From positions 256,001-320,000 of the forward strand of contig OY970368.1 in the NCBI GenBank assembly GCA_963718615.1: a stretch of 64,000 bases of DNA. Direction: 5' to 3'. The translations under genes and the position numbers were made by a program. This DNA comes from an uncultured cyanobacterium. GTDB taxonomy: Bacteria > Cyanobacteriota > Cyanobacteriia > PCC-9006 > JAAUQQ01. Positions 52,518 to 63,309 of this stretch are shown here, one piece after another. Each line of letters opens with the position of its first letter. Within the stretch, counting starts at the first letter, position 1. The notes under the pieces were generated by a model. The model did not search any database. It was not told the origin of the DNA and was given only the letters and a program-made list of their open reading frames with translations.

Positions 52518-53540
52518 ATGGATTTTGTGGGTATGAACCTCGTCGGCCTCGAAAATATCCTCGACAATGTCTCCTTCGCGATTCTGTTCGCCACGCTCCT
52601 GGTGTACTGGGTGGGTGCGGCTTTTCCGAAACTGCCCTGGCTCAGTGGTTTGGGGACAGCGGGGATGGCGATCGCCAATCTCACCATCGCTGCCCTCCTC
52701 GCCTGTCGCTGGATCGAAGCGGGCTATTTTCCCATCAGCAATCTCTACGAATCGCTATTTTTCCTCGCCTGGGGCATTACAACCATGCATCTTGTTGCCG
52801 AATGGATGAGCAAGAGCCGATTGGTCGGGGTTGTTACCGCTCCTGTGGCCATGGCGATTACAGCCTTTGCGGCGCTGACGCTCCCGGCGGATATGCGGGT
52901 AGCGGAGCCTTTAGTGCCAGCGCTGAAATCCAACTGGCTGATGATGCATGTCAGTGTCATGATGCTGAGCTATGCGACGCTGATGGTGGGGGCTTTGTTG
53001 GCGATCGCCTTCCTCATCGTCACCCGAGGTCAAGAAATCGAGCTGAGAGGCAGTTCCGTGGGAACCGGCGCATTTCGCAAGGGCGGTGTGGTGGTGCCCG
53101 ATCGGTCCGAGCAAATGACATCTGCCTTGGCTGCTGATGCTGAGCCTGCTGTTACCGGAGGCGTCGCAGTTCTACCTGCCCCGCCCCAAGTGGTTCAGCC
53201 AACGCTAACCCTGCAACGCCTAACCCTAGCTGACACGCTGGACAATATCAGCTACCGGATTATTGGTTTGGGATTTCCGCTGTTGACCATCGGCATTATC
53301 GCCGGAGCCGTCTGGGCGAACGAAGCCTGGGGATCTTACTGGAGCTGGGACCCGAAGGAAACCTGGGCACTGATTACTTGGCTGGTGTTTGCAGCCTATT
53401 TGCATTCTCGGATTACGAAGGGCTGGCAGGGGCGCAGACCGGCGCTACTGGCTTCGGCAGGCTTGGCCATCATTTGGGTTTGCTATCTCGGTGTAAACCT
53501 GCTGGGTAAGGGGTTGCACAGTTACGGATGGTTTTTATAA
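52518..53540 (+). CDS. ccsA: Cytochrome c biogenesis protein CcsA/CcsB
   Basis: [52 protein letters not shown]. Confidence 0.95.
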   Translation: MDFVGMNLVGLENILDNVSFAILFATLLVYWVGAAFPKLPWLSGLGTAGMAIANLTIAALLACRWIEAGYFPISNLYESLFFLAWGITTMHLVAEWMSKSRLVGVVTAPVAMAITAFAALTLPADMRVAEPLVPALKSNWLMMHVSVMMLSYATLMVGALLAIAFLIVTRGQEIELRGSSVGTGAFRKGGVVVPDRSEQMTSALAADAEPAVTGGVAVLPAPPQVVQPTLTLQRLTLADTLDNISYRIIGLGFPLLTIGIIAGAVWANEAWGSYWSWDPKETWALITWLVFAAYLHSRITKGWQGRRPALLASAGLAIIWVCYLGVNLLGKGLHSYGWFL

Positions 53541-53582
53541 CGAACGGTCTTGATCAAGGCCAATTTGGGTAGGGGCTAAATC

Positions 53583-54230
53583 ATGCTCACGTCATCGTCG
53601 CTGCAAACTCCATTTTTAGGGCGTTGCGATCGCGTTCTCCTGCACAACATTAGCTGGGACCAGTTCGAGCACCTGCTCACCGACCTGGGCCAACCTCGTT
53701 CAGCCCGCTTGGCCTACGATGACGGAAGCCTGGAAATTATGACGCCCTTACCGGAGCACGAGTATTACAAAGAAATCTGGGGAGATGTCATCAAAGATAT
53801 TGCCGAGGTGCTTGACCAGGACTATGCCTGCTACGGGTCTGCGACCTGGCGCAAACGCGCGCAGCGAGCCGGTTTAGAACCGGATAATTGCTTTTACTTT
53901 GAGCATGAAGCAGTCGTGCGGGGTCAACTCGAAATTGATCTGGATGCAGCTCCCCCCCCGGACTTGGCCTTAGAGATTGACCTGACGAGCAAATCCTTGG
54001 GTCGATTACCAATCTATGCAAAGTTGGGCGTCCCGGAAATTTGGTGCTACGACAACGGTTTGTTGCTGATTCGGGTGTTGCAAAACGGGGCTTACCAAAC
54101 CGTTGAGCATAGCCTTACCTTTCCAAATCTGCCCCTTGCCGAACTGCCTGCGTTGATTGCTCAACACCGGGCCGGGGGCAACCGCGCCATCCGCAAAGCC
54201 GTTCGGGCCTGGGTGCGACAAGCCGGTTGA
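53583..54230 (+). CDS. Uma2 family endonuclease-like protein
   Basis: LHNISW..FE, RLAYDDG.LEIMTP.PEHE, EPDNCFY, PPPDLALEID, YAKLGVPEIW. Confidence 0.9.
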   Translation: MLTSSSLQTPFLGRCDRVLLHNISWDQFEHLLTDLGQPRSARLAYDDGSLEIMTPLPEHEYYKEIWGDVIKDIAEVLDQDYACYGSATWRKRAQRAGLEPDNCFYFEHEAVVRGQLEIDLDAAPPPDLALEIDLTSKSLGRLPIYAKLGVPEIWCYDNGLLLIRVLQNGAYQTVEHSLTFPNLPLAELPALIAQHRAGGNRAIRKAVRAWVRQAG

Positions 54231-54283
54231 ACTGCTGTTGGCTTGAGTTTGTACTTATAGAGCCGGGTTACAGAGGATCAGGG

Positions 54284-55018
54284 TTAATAGGGGTTGACCT
54301 GCAGCCGTCCCCAACAGTGCAAGCGCTCCGACGTCAGTGTCAGCCCTTCCAGACAAACCTCCTCGCCCAGTTCCAAGGCCGGAATCACTAACGAATTGAG
54401 TTCAGCCATTAAGCCCTGGGGGGGAGCCTGAAGCCAGTGGAGCGATCGCACCCCCAATCGTCGACCCCCTTCGAGCTGCAGCTTAGCCTGGAGCAACAAC
54501 GGCTGCGGTTTGGCATGGTCCTCAAGCCAAAGCCCTTGGAGCTGAATTCCTTCCGGAACAAGCCCAAAATTGGGCTGTTCAATCCGTCCTGTCGGAACTT
54601 CCAGACTGCCGCCATCGCCCGCTGCCCCCACCAACAGCAGCGCCAGGGCCTGCAACCAGTCCTGAATCAAAGGCAATAACAGGGGCGACGAGAGCGACGC
54701 ATTCAAATCTTCTACCCGTAGACCCACCTTCGCTTGTACCGGGATCGGCTCCAGCAATTGCAGCGGCTGGCCCCGTAGGACCTGCCCCAAATTGACCCGA
54801 ATCATCCCCCCCGCAAGCTCAAGCTCACTGAGATGGAGCCCCTGGTAAACCGCCTGGGTCGCGCTAACCCGCAAGCCTGGAATCTGGCCCGAGAGAATTT
54901 GGCGATCGCCCCCTTCAATGTCCACCTCTAGGGTTTCGATGGATTCCACCTGCGATCGCAGCCACAACCGCAACGCAGGGCTGAGGACGGTACGAATTAT
55001 TTTGCTTTGACGTTCCAT
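54284..55018 (-). CDS. DUF2993 (LmeA-like) protein
   Basis: LSPALRLWLRSQVE, GGDRQILSG.IP, AVYQGL, LRGQPLQLLEPI. Confidence 0.8.
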   Translation of the reverse strand: MERQSKIIRTVLSPALRLWLRSQVESIETLEVDIEGGDRQILSGQIPGLRVSATQAVYQGLHLSELELAGGMIRVNLGQVLRGQPLQLLEPIPVQAKVGLRVEDLNASLSSPLLLPLIQDWLQALALLLVGAAGDGGSLEVPTGRIEQPNFGLVPEGIQLQGLWLEDHAKPQPLLLQAKLQLEGGRRLGVRSLHWLQAPPQGLMAELNSLVIPALELGEEVCLEGLTLTSERLHCWGRLQVNPY

Positions 55019-55332
55019 GGATCCAAACAAAAGGGTAAACCGGGGCAATCAGGATAGGACGGGCCAAGCTGCACGCCACGCCTAAGCCTATCTCAATTTT
55101 CAAATATCTTAAAACCCTGACAAGCCTGATCCCAGGATCCCCTTAAATGTCATGAAATCTTGATATTAAGATCTGTAAAAGCTTCTGCTTTCGTGAAAGC
55201 CCCTTTAAAACTTGTTTTTAGGGCTTGCGTCCTTTTGGCAAACTCGTCATTATGGGGATCAACTGTGATCCCCATATCAACTTCGGGATCAGTTTCAACA
55301 GTTTTGCTCAAAGGCTCTGAGGACTTTAAGTC

Positions 55333-56682
55333 GTGGTTAATGAACGTCCCCCTTTAGAAGAAATGACGCTGCGGCAATTGCGTCGGGTGGCGAGCGAGTA
55401 TCAAGTCTCTCGCTATAGCCGTCTCCGCAAGTCGGAGTTGCTGCAAGCCATCAAAGATGCCCAGCAAGCTCAAGACGTCGTGGCCGCACCTGTGGCGGCG
55501 ACCGCTGGCATACCAGGTTCGATCAAACCCGAGGAGGAACAAGAAACGGTGGAAGCAACCAAATTCGATGTGGGTCAGGGGCAGCCCGATGAAGTGTTTT
55601 TGGCAGATGTCGATGCCGATTTGCCTGAGCTGCCCGATGGCTATGGTCAGAGCCGCATCATGATTTTGCCGCGCGATCCCCAGTGGTCCTATGTGTACTG
55701 GGACGTGCCCAATGAGCATAAGGATGAGATGCGTCATCAGGGGGGTAACCAATTGGCGCTACGGCTGTACGATGTCACCAATATTGATATCAATGTCCGG
55801 GCACCCCACAGTATGCAGGAGTACCCCTGCGACGAGATGGCACGGGAGTGGTATTTGCCGATTCCGGTGAGCGATCGCTCCTACATCGTGGAGTTGGGCT
55901 ACCGTGCCATGGATGGCCGCTGGTTGACGTTGGTGCGATCGCCTCGGGTTCACATTCCGCCGGTTTATCCTTCGGACTGGGTGGAAGACCACTTTGTGAC
56001 GGTCAGTTGGGACGAAGATCTACGCGGCAAGACCGTCTTCGAATTGGTGCCACCGGGCTCGATTACCGCAACGGAGCAGGACGGAATCTATCAAGAAGTC
56101 TTTGGCATGGCCGAGACGACTGAAGCCATGCGCGTTGCAGGCTCGCTCTACGGCTCGATGCAGCATGTTCCGGGGTCGGGCGTAGAAGTTCCTGGCTCAG
56201 CTCAAATGGTCGTTCCGGGATCGGGCCAAATGGTACCGGGTTCGGCGCAGATGATCGAGAGCATCAGCTCCTTTGTCTTCCCCTCGGGAGTGGGTATGTG
56301 GGCGGCTCCGCTGCCCGGCGAATCGGCATTGTTCCCAACCAATTTCTCGGGTCTCACCATGTCCGGTGCAGGCATCGCGGCATCAATGCCGCCGCTTCGC
56401 AGCCCCCGCAAGTTCTGGCTGATTGCCGATGCGGAGCTGATTGTTTACGGCGCAACGGAGCCCGATGCAACGGTGACGATTGGCGGCAAGCCGATCAAGC
56501 TAAGTCCCGATGGGACGTTCCGCTTCCAGATGTCGTTCCAGGATGGGCTGATCGATTACCCGATTATGGCGGTGGCGGCAGATGGGGAGCAAACCCGTTC
56601 GATTCACATGAAGTTCGAGCGGGAAACCCCGTCCCGGCATACGAATACAAAGGAAGAAGCCCTCGAGGAATGGCTCGCCTAG
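55333..56682 (+). CDS. DUF4912 protein with N-terminal Rho-N-like domain
   Basis: EEMTLRQLRRVAS..YSRLRKSEL, LPRDPQWSYVYW, REWYLPIP, FWLIADAELIVYGATEP. Confidence 0.88.
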   Translation: MVNERPPLEEMTLRQLRRVASEYQVSRYSRLRKSELLQAIKDAQQAQDVVAAPVAATAGIPGSIKPEEEQETVEATKFDVGQGQPDEVFLADVDADLPELPDGYGQSRIMILPRDPQWSYVYWDVPNEHKDEMRHQGGNQLALRLYDVTNIDINVRAPHSMQEYPCDEMAREWYLPIPVSDRSYIVELGYRAMDGRWLTLVRSPRVHIPPVYPSDWVEDHFVTVSWDEDLRGKTVFELVPPGSITATEQDGIYQEVFGMAETTEAMRVAGSLYGSMQHVPGSGVEVPGSAQMVVPGSGQMVPGSAQMIESISSFVFPSGVGMWAAPLPGESALFPTNFSGLTMSGAGIAASMPPLRSPRKFWLIADAELIVYGATEPDATVTIGGKPIKLSPDGTFRFQMSFQDGLIDYPIMAVAADGEQTRSIHMKFERETPSRHTNTKEEALEEWLA

Positions 56683-56717
56683 AAACCGTTTGATTCCTCA
56701 TTCATCCCTAAATTCTG

Positions 56718-56753
56718 AGTCCCTCCAGTCTATGCGTCTGGGGGGATTTTTTT
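56718..56753 (+). terminator. Terminator hairpin between convergent genes
   Basis: tccctccag...ctgggggatttttt. Confidence 0.55.
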
Positions 56754-56761
56754 GTCCCGCA

Positions 56762-58294
56762 TCAGCTCACCTGTCGGTCAATGGTGCGATACTGAATCGC
56801 CTCGGCCACATGGTGCGTTTGCAAAGTTTCAGTCCCTTCCAGATCCGCGATCGTCCGGGCAACCTTCAAAATCCGATCGGTCCCCCGCGCCGACAACCCC
56901 AGCTTACGAATCGCCCCCTCCAAAATCATGCGGGTACTGTCATCAAAACTGCACCAGCGTCGCAAATGGCGGGTTTGCATTTCTGCGTTGCAAGCAATCG
57001 GTTCCCCCTGAAACCGCTGTTGAGCCAAACTACGGGCAGCTTGGACGCGATCGCGCACGCTCTCCGATGCCTCCCCCATCAACTGCGCCTGGGTCATCTC
57101 CTCTGGCTTGAGCCGATTCACCGCCACCTGCAAATCAATCCGATCCATCAGCGGTCCTGAAAGCTTCGCCCAATAGGCTTCTCGCTGACGGGGCGTACAG
57201 GTGCAGGGCTGAATTGTATCGCCAAAATAGCCACAGGCACAGGGATTAGTGCTCGCCACTAAAGTAAACTGCGCAGGAAACGACACCGACTGACGGGTGC
57301 GAGAGATGGTCACACAACCATCCTCTAGGGGCTGGCGCAGATATTCCAACACATCCCGTTTGAACTCTGTGAGTTCGTCCAAGAACAAAATCCCTCGGTG
57401 GGCCAGTGAAACTTCCCCTGGTCGCGGATAGCTGCCGCCGCCCACCAGCGAGGGGCCGGAGGCGGAATGATGGGGACTGCGGAAGGGGCGATCGCACACC
57501 AAACTCCCCCGTTCCTTGAGCAACCCACTCACCGAATAGAGCTGTGTCACCTCCAAGGCTTCCTCAAAACTCAGCGGCGGCAAAATTCCCGGCAATCGCC
57601 GCGCCAACATGGTTTTACCACTCCCCGGTGGACCCACAAACACGAGATTATGGCCTCCCGCTGCTGCAATTTCCAGAGCTCGACGGGCATGGGCTTGACC
57701 TTTGACATCCTTGAGATTGAGCTGAAACCGAGTGGAACGCTGCAGCAAATCCGCGCCCTGGGTCGGGATTGGGGTGGCGTGGTCAGGGTTATTCAAAAAA
57801 TTGCCGACTTCGCTTAAATGCTTAAAACCATAGACCTTGAGTCCGGCCACTAGCGCCGCTTCTTCCGCATTGTCCACCGGAACGACGAGGGCTTTAATGC
57901 CCATGGCTTGGGCAGCAGCGGCAATGGGGAGAACCCCGGCGATCGCCCGCAAGCTGCCATCCAGCGAAAGCTCTCCCAAAAACAAATGGTCATCCAACAG
58001 TACCGGGCTTATCTGCTCCGAAGCTGCCAAGACACCGATGCTAATGGGCAAATCAAAGCTCGGTCCCTCTTTACGCAAATCCGCAGGGGTCAAATTCACA
58101 ACCACCCGCCGCATCGGCACCGCGTAGCCCGAATTTTTCAGGGCAGCCTTGACCCGCTCCCGCGCTTCCTGAACGGCTGAATCCGGTAATCCCACGACGG
58201 TAATGCCGGGCAATCCGCCGGAAACATCCACTTCGACGCCCACTTTCACCGCATCAATTCCAACGAGCGCAGCGCTCCAAATCCTTGCCAGCAT
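56762..58294 (-). CDS. YifB/ComM family Mg-chelatase-like AAA ATPase
   Basis: VGLPDSAVQEARERV, GPPGSGKT, PFRSPHHS, PGEVSLAHRG, LDE, SGPLMDRID, LSARG..RILKVARTIADL. Confidence 0.92.
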   Translation of the reverse strand: MLARIWSAALVGIDAVKVGVEVDVSGGLPGITVVGLPDSAVQEARERVKAALKNSGYAVPMRRVVVNLTPADLRKEGPSFDLPISIGVLAASEQISPVLLDDHLFLGELSLDGSLRAIAGVLPIAAAAQAMGIKALVVPVDNAEEAALVAGLKVYGFKHLSEVGNFLNNPDHATPIPTQGADLLQRSTRFQLNLKDVKGQAHARRALEIAAAGGHNLVFVGPPGSGKTMLARRLPGILPPLSFEEALEVTQLYSVSGLLKERGSLVCDRPFRSPHHSASGPSLVGGGSYPRPGEVSLAHRGILFLDELTEFKRDVLEYLRQPLEDGCVTISRTRQSVSFPAQFTLVASTNPCACGYFGDTIQPCTCTPRQREAYWAKLSGPLMDRIDLQVAVNRLKPEEMTQAQLMGEASESVRDRVQAARSLAQQRFQGEPIACNAEMQTRHLRRWCSFDDSTRMILEGAIRKLGLSARGTDRILKVARTIADLEGTETLQTHHVAEAIQYRTIDRQVS

Positions 58295-59161
58295 ACCGAT
58301 CGCTCCAATCAACCGCCTTCATTAGCGAGACTTGAAAGACGCAATGACTCGGGTTCATGACTCTGATTTAGAGTGCCCAGGGTCTAGAGGGTTGCGACTC
58401 CTGGGAATATCGGATATTCCACCCTCGTCATCTCCGGATTCTTTGGGCATTCTGGAGAGAAAGGAATTGTTCCGTTAATCCCCGACGATCCAGAGGTCTG
58501 CCCCATGACGACTGAAACGCAATCGCTCCAGAATAGCCTCTCTAAAACTGAAGCCCAGCAATTGGCTGCAAGAATCTGGATGCAAAAGTCAAAGCCCCAG
58601 GGGCCGACCTGTGAATGGCCCCGGTGGAAGGGGGGGGATCCGGGCGATCGCTGGCCTACAATAACACTGCAATAAGAAAGTTTATAAACCAAAGAATTAT
58701 TAAAATCTCCGTATCTTACGAGACTTTAGCTGAATGGCTCTCCAGTCATACTCAGCAAGCTTATCCATGCTTAGCTGCTCTAGCCAGCACAACGTTGAGA
58801 TGCAAAATACTTTGTAGATTCAATACTTATTGAGCGTTGATAAGTTTTTTTGGAACAGAAGTTCGGCAGTCAAGGTAGAGTTTCAGAATTATTAAATACA
58901 TAAGGGAAAATACTTGATTCGTCGTTCACTTTAATACTCGATCAAAGGAAGGCGATTATTTTGAATGCCATCCTTTGACCCAAAATTGTACCTAGAAACT
59001 ACATTTTTCAGAAAAGAATGTCATAATCATTGGGGATTACGCCGGGTTTGCACCGGCTGTTTTGAACAACGAAATTATTCAGCGGCACTGTCAAGGGCAC
59101 AGGATTAGAATCCGTTTTTGCTCTCTTGTCCTTGCTGCTCCTATCTCAAACTCTCAAAGAT

Positions 59162-60268
59162 ATGTCTTTGAAGCTTCATCCTTTATCTGGTGGATCGTCT
59201 CGGAATCTGATAAGCCGAGGGCTAGCCTATGGCGTGGACTTAAAATATCTTCCCCGATTTTTATCGACCTTGGGCTTTAGTCTCGCAGGTGCACCCACAA
59301 GGATGGTTCAAAAAGCCAGATTTAATTCTCAGATCCATGCTTTTTCACTGAAAGAAGACCCTGTCTTCATCGTTGGCCATTGGAGAAGTGGTACAACGTA
59401 TCTACATCATTTGATGAGCCAAGATAAGCGTTTTAGTTATGTGTCTTCTTATCAAGCAGCAGTTCCTGAGCTCTTTCTAGCGGATACACCTTCAACTCGT
59501 TCCATTGTTGCAGAAAATTTGCCTCAAAAAAGGCCAATGGATAATATTGAGTTGTCTCTGCAAAAGCCGGAGGAGGAAGAAGTCTTAATGGCAAATACTT
59601 CTCCCTATAGCTTTATTCATACCTTTTCCTTTCCTAAAAAAGCTAGACAGATCTTTAATAACTCTATTTTATTTCAAGATCTTACAGAAAAAGAATTGCG
59701 CTCTTGGAGTGAGGCCTATCTTCGTGCCATCAAAATTGCTTGTATAGGGATGCAGGCAGCTCGTCCTTTACTGAAAAGTCCTGGAAATACCGCACGAATT
59801 AGACTTCTATTAAAACTCTTTCCTAATGCCAAATTTGTTCATATCTACCGAAATCCTTATACTGTTTTTACTTCCACAGTGTATGCCTATCTAAAGCTGA
59901 TGGAAGTCTGGCAATTTCAAGATATTAGCCTAGCAGAGGTTGAAGAAAATGTTCTCTATGCATATGAAAAGGTAATGCAGCGATTCTTTGAAGACAAATC
60001 TTTGATTTTGCCGTCTAACTTAATTGAAATTCGATACGAGTCTTTTGAGCAGGATCAATTAAACACCTTAGAAGAAATTTACGCCCATCTCGGGCTATCT
60101 AATTTCAACGATTGGAAACATCAATTTAAAGAATACATCGATAGTTGTGCTCAATATCAAAAAAATGACTATGCACTGGATGCAGACGTTGTTACCAAAA
60201 TTCGTTCCCGGTGGGGTTTCGCAATTGAGCGATGGAACTATGAACCCCCTCACCTGCAAAATTGCTGA
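59162..60268 (+). CDS. PAPS-dependent sulfotransferase (Sulfotransfer_3 type)
   Basis: PVFIVGHWRSGTTYLH (5'-PSB), RPMDN, PEEEE, LLKSP, FPNAKFVHIYRNPY. Confidence 0.9.
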   Translation: MSLKLHPLSGGSSRNLISRGLAYGVDLKYLPRFLSTLGFSLAGAPTRMVQKARFNSQIHAFSLKEDPVFIVGHWRSGTTYLHHLMSQDKRFSYVSSYQAAVPELFLADTPSTRSIVAENLPQKRPMDNIELSLQKPEEEEVLMANTSPYSFIHTFSFPKKARQIFNNSILFQDLTEKELRSWSEAYLRAIKIACIGMQAARPLLKSPGNTARIRLLLKLFPNAKFVHIYRNPYTVFTSTVYAYLKLMEVWQFQDISLAEVEENVLYAYEKVMQRFFEDKSLILPSNLIEIRYESFEQDQLNTLEEIYAHLGLSNFNDWKHQFKEYIDSCAQYQKNDYALDADVVTKIRSRWGFAIERWNYEPPHLQNC

Positions 60269-60321
60269 GCATAACCGATTGTTCTCTTAAATAGAATTTA
60301 TTCAGACAGGGTTGATTCAAG

Positions 60322-60879
60322 ATGAGCTATTGGAGTTCAGTTTTACTCGCTGCCTTCCTATTAGGAATTACTTCTGCGGTTTGGGCCACCAGGCATTTTT
60401 TTTCTTCCCCACTCAAAAATGGCCCCTGGTTTTATGATCCATTGATTGGTAGTACTGCGGCTAATCCATATTTACGAGCCACCATTGCAAGGGTAGGTCT
60501 GCTTGCACTCAATCAATTCGAAGCACTCTATCTTATTGCCCAGCAAGATAGCGATGGCAATCCGCTCCGTGGTGACGCCAGTTATCGGATTGAGGGACAA
60601 AGTTTGCCCGCACGGTGGTGGAGTATTACAGCCTATGGTCCTGACTGCTTCCTGATCCCCAACGAGCTTGATCGTTATTCCTATAATATGAGCGATGTTC
60701 AATGGAATGCTGACGGGAGTTATGTGATTCATGTTTCTCCTAATCCAAAAGCAGGAAATTGGATTCCGGTGGATAAGGTGAAAAATTTTGATTTAACGCT
60801 TAGGCTCTACAATCCAGCACCGTTTATTTTAGAAAGCTTTAGTAGTCTCCTTTTACCACAAATTATCAGGGAAGGATAA
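60322..60879 (+). CDS. DUF1214 domain protein with N-terminal TM or signal sequence
   Basis: RATIARVGLLAL..EALY, DSDG.PL, RWWSITAY, GNWIP, LTLRLYNP. Confidence 0.82.
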   Translation: MSYWSSVLLAAFLLGITSAVWATRHFFSSPLKNGPWFYDPLIGSTAANPYLRATIARVGLLALNQFEALYLIAQQDSDGNPLRGDASYRIEGQSLPARWWSITAYGPDCFLIPNELDRYSYNMSDVQWNADGSYVIHVSPNPKAGNWIPVDKVKNFDLTLRLYNPAPFILESFSSLLLPQIIREG

Positions 60880-60883
60880 AGGT

Positions 60884-61528
60884 ATGAGTTACTCCTTGGG
60901 CAGTCTAGTTTTTGGAATTCTATTCACGATTGCTTTAGCCAGCATTATTCATTATGGCTTTATTCTGGTTTATCCATACTTAGTCATGTCCGTTGCCATG
61001 CGGAAGGGCGTGAGAATGTTGGGTAAAAATACAATTACCCATGGCACAAGACCAACTTCAGAATTTCGCGATATTGTTCGCCCAAGTCCCGATTTAATTT
61101 ATTCGGGTTGTGTATTTGATTTGTCTACAGGCCCACTTCGCATTCACTCAGTTGTTCCACTGACGTACATGTCGCTTTCTATGTATGCAGATAATACAGA
61201 CAACTTTTTTAGGATTAACGATCTTGAAATCGATGATCCAGAGCTAGATCTAATTTTGATTGGACCGAATGACTCTAAATTAGAAGCACTAAAGGATTTT
61301 GAGGAAAGCTCTACCCTTGTGGTTCAATCCCCTAGTAAGACTGGCATCATGCTTTTCCGTTATTTTTATGGCGATGGAGCCAATGCTCAGACTATTGAGG
61401 CAGTGCGGCAGCAGACAACACTGACCGCTCATAATGTCAGCAATCAAGAGCTGCCTTCTCGGTTACCGTCTGGCATTCTGAGAGGGTCTCGTCTTCCAAT
61501 TCCAACACAGGTCCGGATTCGAAAATAA
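60884..61528 (+). CDS. DUF1254 domain protein with N-terminal TM
   Basis: VRPSPDLIYS.CVFDLS.GPLRI, SLSMYADNTDNFF..ND, SPS..G. Confidence 0.78.
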   Translation: MSYSLGSLVFGILFTIALASIIHYGFILVYPYLVMSVAMRKGVRMLGKNTITHGTRPTSEFRDIVRPSPDLIYSGCVFDLSTGPLRIHSVVPLTYMSLSMYADNTDNFFRINDLEIDDPELDLILIGPNDSKLEALKDFEESSTLVVQSPSKTGIMLFRYFYGDGANAQTIEAVRQQTTLTAHNVSNQELPSRLPSGILRGSRLPIPTQVRIRK

Positions 61529-61635
61529 AGCATTGCACTTCTTCAAGCTTTTCATCTCTTACTTGTATTTCAAACACTCGGTGCCAAAGTTGCGATACTC
61601 TAGTTAGCTGAGATGTTTCGGAAGGACAATTTTGT

Positions 61636-62362
61636 CTGACGGGGCGACAGAAAGAGCAGTAATGCGTTCGGTGTATGGGTTGTAGTGGTCTAAAGTAAAA
61701 AAAGATAGGCCAGTGAGATGAAGCACGGCCTACCCAACAAAAAGATGACCCTATCCTATCAAACTTGCCTGGAAACGCAGATAGGGAAAAAGTCAGCTCT
61801 GCTGGTTTCGCTGCTGGTAGTAGTGCTACAAAGTATTCGCGATGTCCGATTAGAAGTGGTGGCCGAAGCGCTACCGTTTCCGATTCTGTTCGAGAGTCGC
61901 CGAAAAAAATCCAACGACTGCTCTCACAAGAGAAATTTACGGTGAGGGGGCTGTGGTTCGCTTACCTAAAGCAGTGGCTAGAGGAGCATTGCCAAAAGGG
62001 AGAGCGGGTTCACATCGCCATCGACCGCACAAGTTGGGGAACGGTGAATCTGCTGGTAGTGAGCCTGATTTGGAACAAACGTGGGATTCCCTTGTACTGG
62101 GAATTGCTCGACAAGCTGGGAAGTACGAGTTGGGAAGAACAGCGCGATGCCCTCTCCAAAGTCCTTCCCCTGCTGAAGGACCATCGTGTGGTGGTGCTGG
62201 GGGACCGAGAATTCTGTAGTGTCAAGCTGGGTCGATGGCTCAATGAGCAAGAGTGCTACTTCTGTCTACGCCTAAAGTGCAACACCAATATTAGGGAAGC
62301 CCAGCAGGCTTGGCGTGAGCTCGCAGCCTTGGGTCTGACCCCAGGAACGAGTCTCTATCAAG
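61636..62362 (+). mobile_element. IS4-family element (left part), transposase frameshifted and interrupted by IS21
   Basis: End CTGACGGGGCGACAG; ORF from ATG 61745 (LPFPILFESRRKK), A7 run at 61903-61909, then IAIDRTSW, GIPLYW, VLGDREFCSV. Confidence 0.85.
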
Positions 62363-62460
62363 TGTCAAGACATTTGCCTGTCGCGACAATTAGAAGGCGG
62401 GGAGCCCACTGAATTGGCAAAAGGAAATGAGAAGCGGCAATCTCAGGTCAAGACGACAAT

Positions 62461-63309
62461 CTAAGATCGCTTCTGGTGTGTCGATGTTTGGGAGTCAGAT
62501 TCAGAGGATTTTGCCGGGAGTGCCTTCAAGTTCTCAGAGCGCTGGTGAGCGGAGCGTTTACGAAAACTGTCCGCCTTGATTTCGAGAATGACCGCATGGT
62601 GAATGAGGCGGTCAACGGCGGCGACGGTCATCATGGAATCACCAAAGATGGAGTTCCACTCACTGAACGGCTGATTGGCAGTGACCATGATGCTTTTGCG
62701 CTCATAGCGATAGGCAATGAGTTCAAAGAGAACGGAGGTTTCTGCCTCGGATTTTTGGACATAGCCGAGGTCATCAATGATCACGAGGTCAAAGCGGTCG
62801 AGCTTTTTCAGGGCAGGCTGAAGCTGGAGATGAAGCTTTTCTTTTTGGAGATACTGCACCAGGGTGGTGGCACAGAAGAATTTGACGCGCTTGCCCGCTT
62901 CCAGGGCGGCACGAGCGATGCCAGCGGCCAGATGGGTTTTGCCGACCCCAGAAGGTCCGAAGAAGAGACAGTTTTGGGCGTCATCAATCCACTGGGGTTC
63001 AGTGGCGAGTTTTTGAATCGGGAGAGGGTTAACCAGGGGCAGGTGTGTCCAATCGAAATTGGAAACCGTTTTGGCGTTGGGCAGTTGAGCTTCGGTGATG
63101 GCTCTTTGGAGGCGCAAAGCCTTGCGGCGGTCTGTTTCGAGTTGGCACAGGGCCAAGAGAAATTGCGCGTAGGACCAGGTCTCTCGCATGGCTTGCTGCT
63201 CCAAGGTCTCCCAGTGGTTGAGCATATGGGATAAGCGCAGGTGCTTGAGCTGAGCGCTGAGGCTTTGGTAAGGGCTCAGCTCCGGTTGAGACGAGCTCTG
63301 GTTCTGCAT
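62461..63309 (-). CDS. istB: IS21 helper ATPase IstB
   Basis: GPSGVGKTHLA, LVIIDDLGY, LFELIAYRYE, AAVDRLIHH. Confidence 0.93.
   Translation of the reverse strand: MQNQSSSQPELSPYQSLSAQLKHLRLSHMLNHWETLEQQAMRETWSYAQFLLALCQLETDRRKALRLQRAITEAQLPNAKTVSNFDWTHLPLVNPLPIQKLATEPQWIDDAQNCLFFGPSGVGKTHLAAGIARAALEAGKRVKFFCATTLVQYLQKEKLHLQLQPALKKLDRFDLVIIDDLGYVQKSEAETSVLFELIAYRYERKSIMVTANQPFSEWNSIFGDSMMTVAAVDRLIHHAVILEIKADSFRKRSAHQRSENLKALPAKSSESDSQTSTHQKRS

Noticed and set aside
58504-58675. Possible small ORF (MTTETQSLQNSL...) divergent from the comM-like gene
   Set aside because: No recognisable motif or supporting signal; it cannot be distinguished from chance.
59010-59070. KNVIIIGDYAG, resembling a Rossmann-fold start upstream of the sulfotransferase
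   Set aside because: Too short and lacks GxGxxG; insufficient to call a relic gene.
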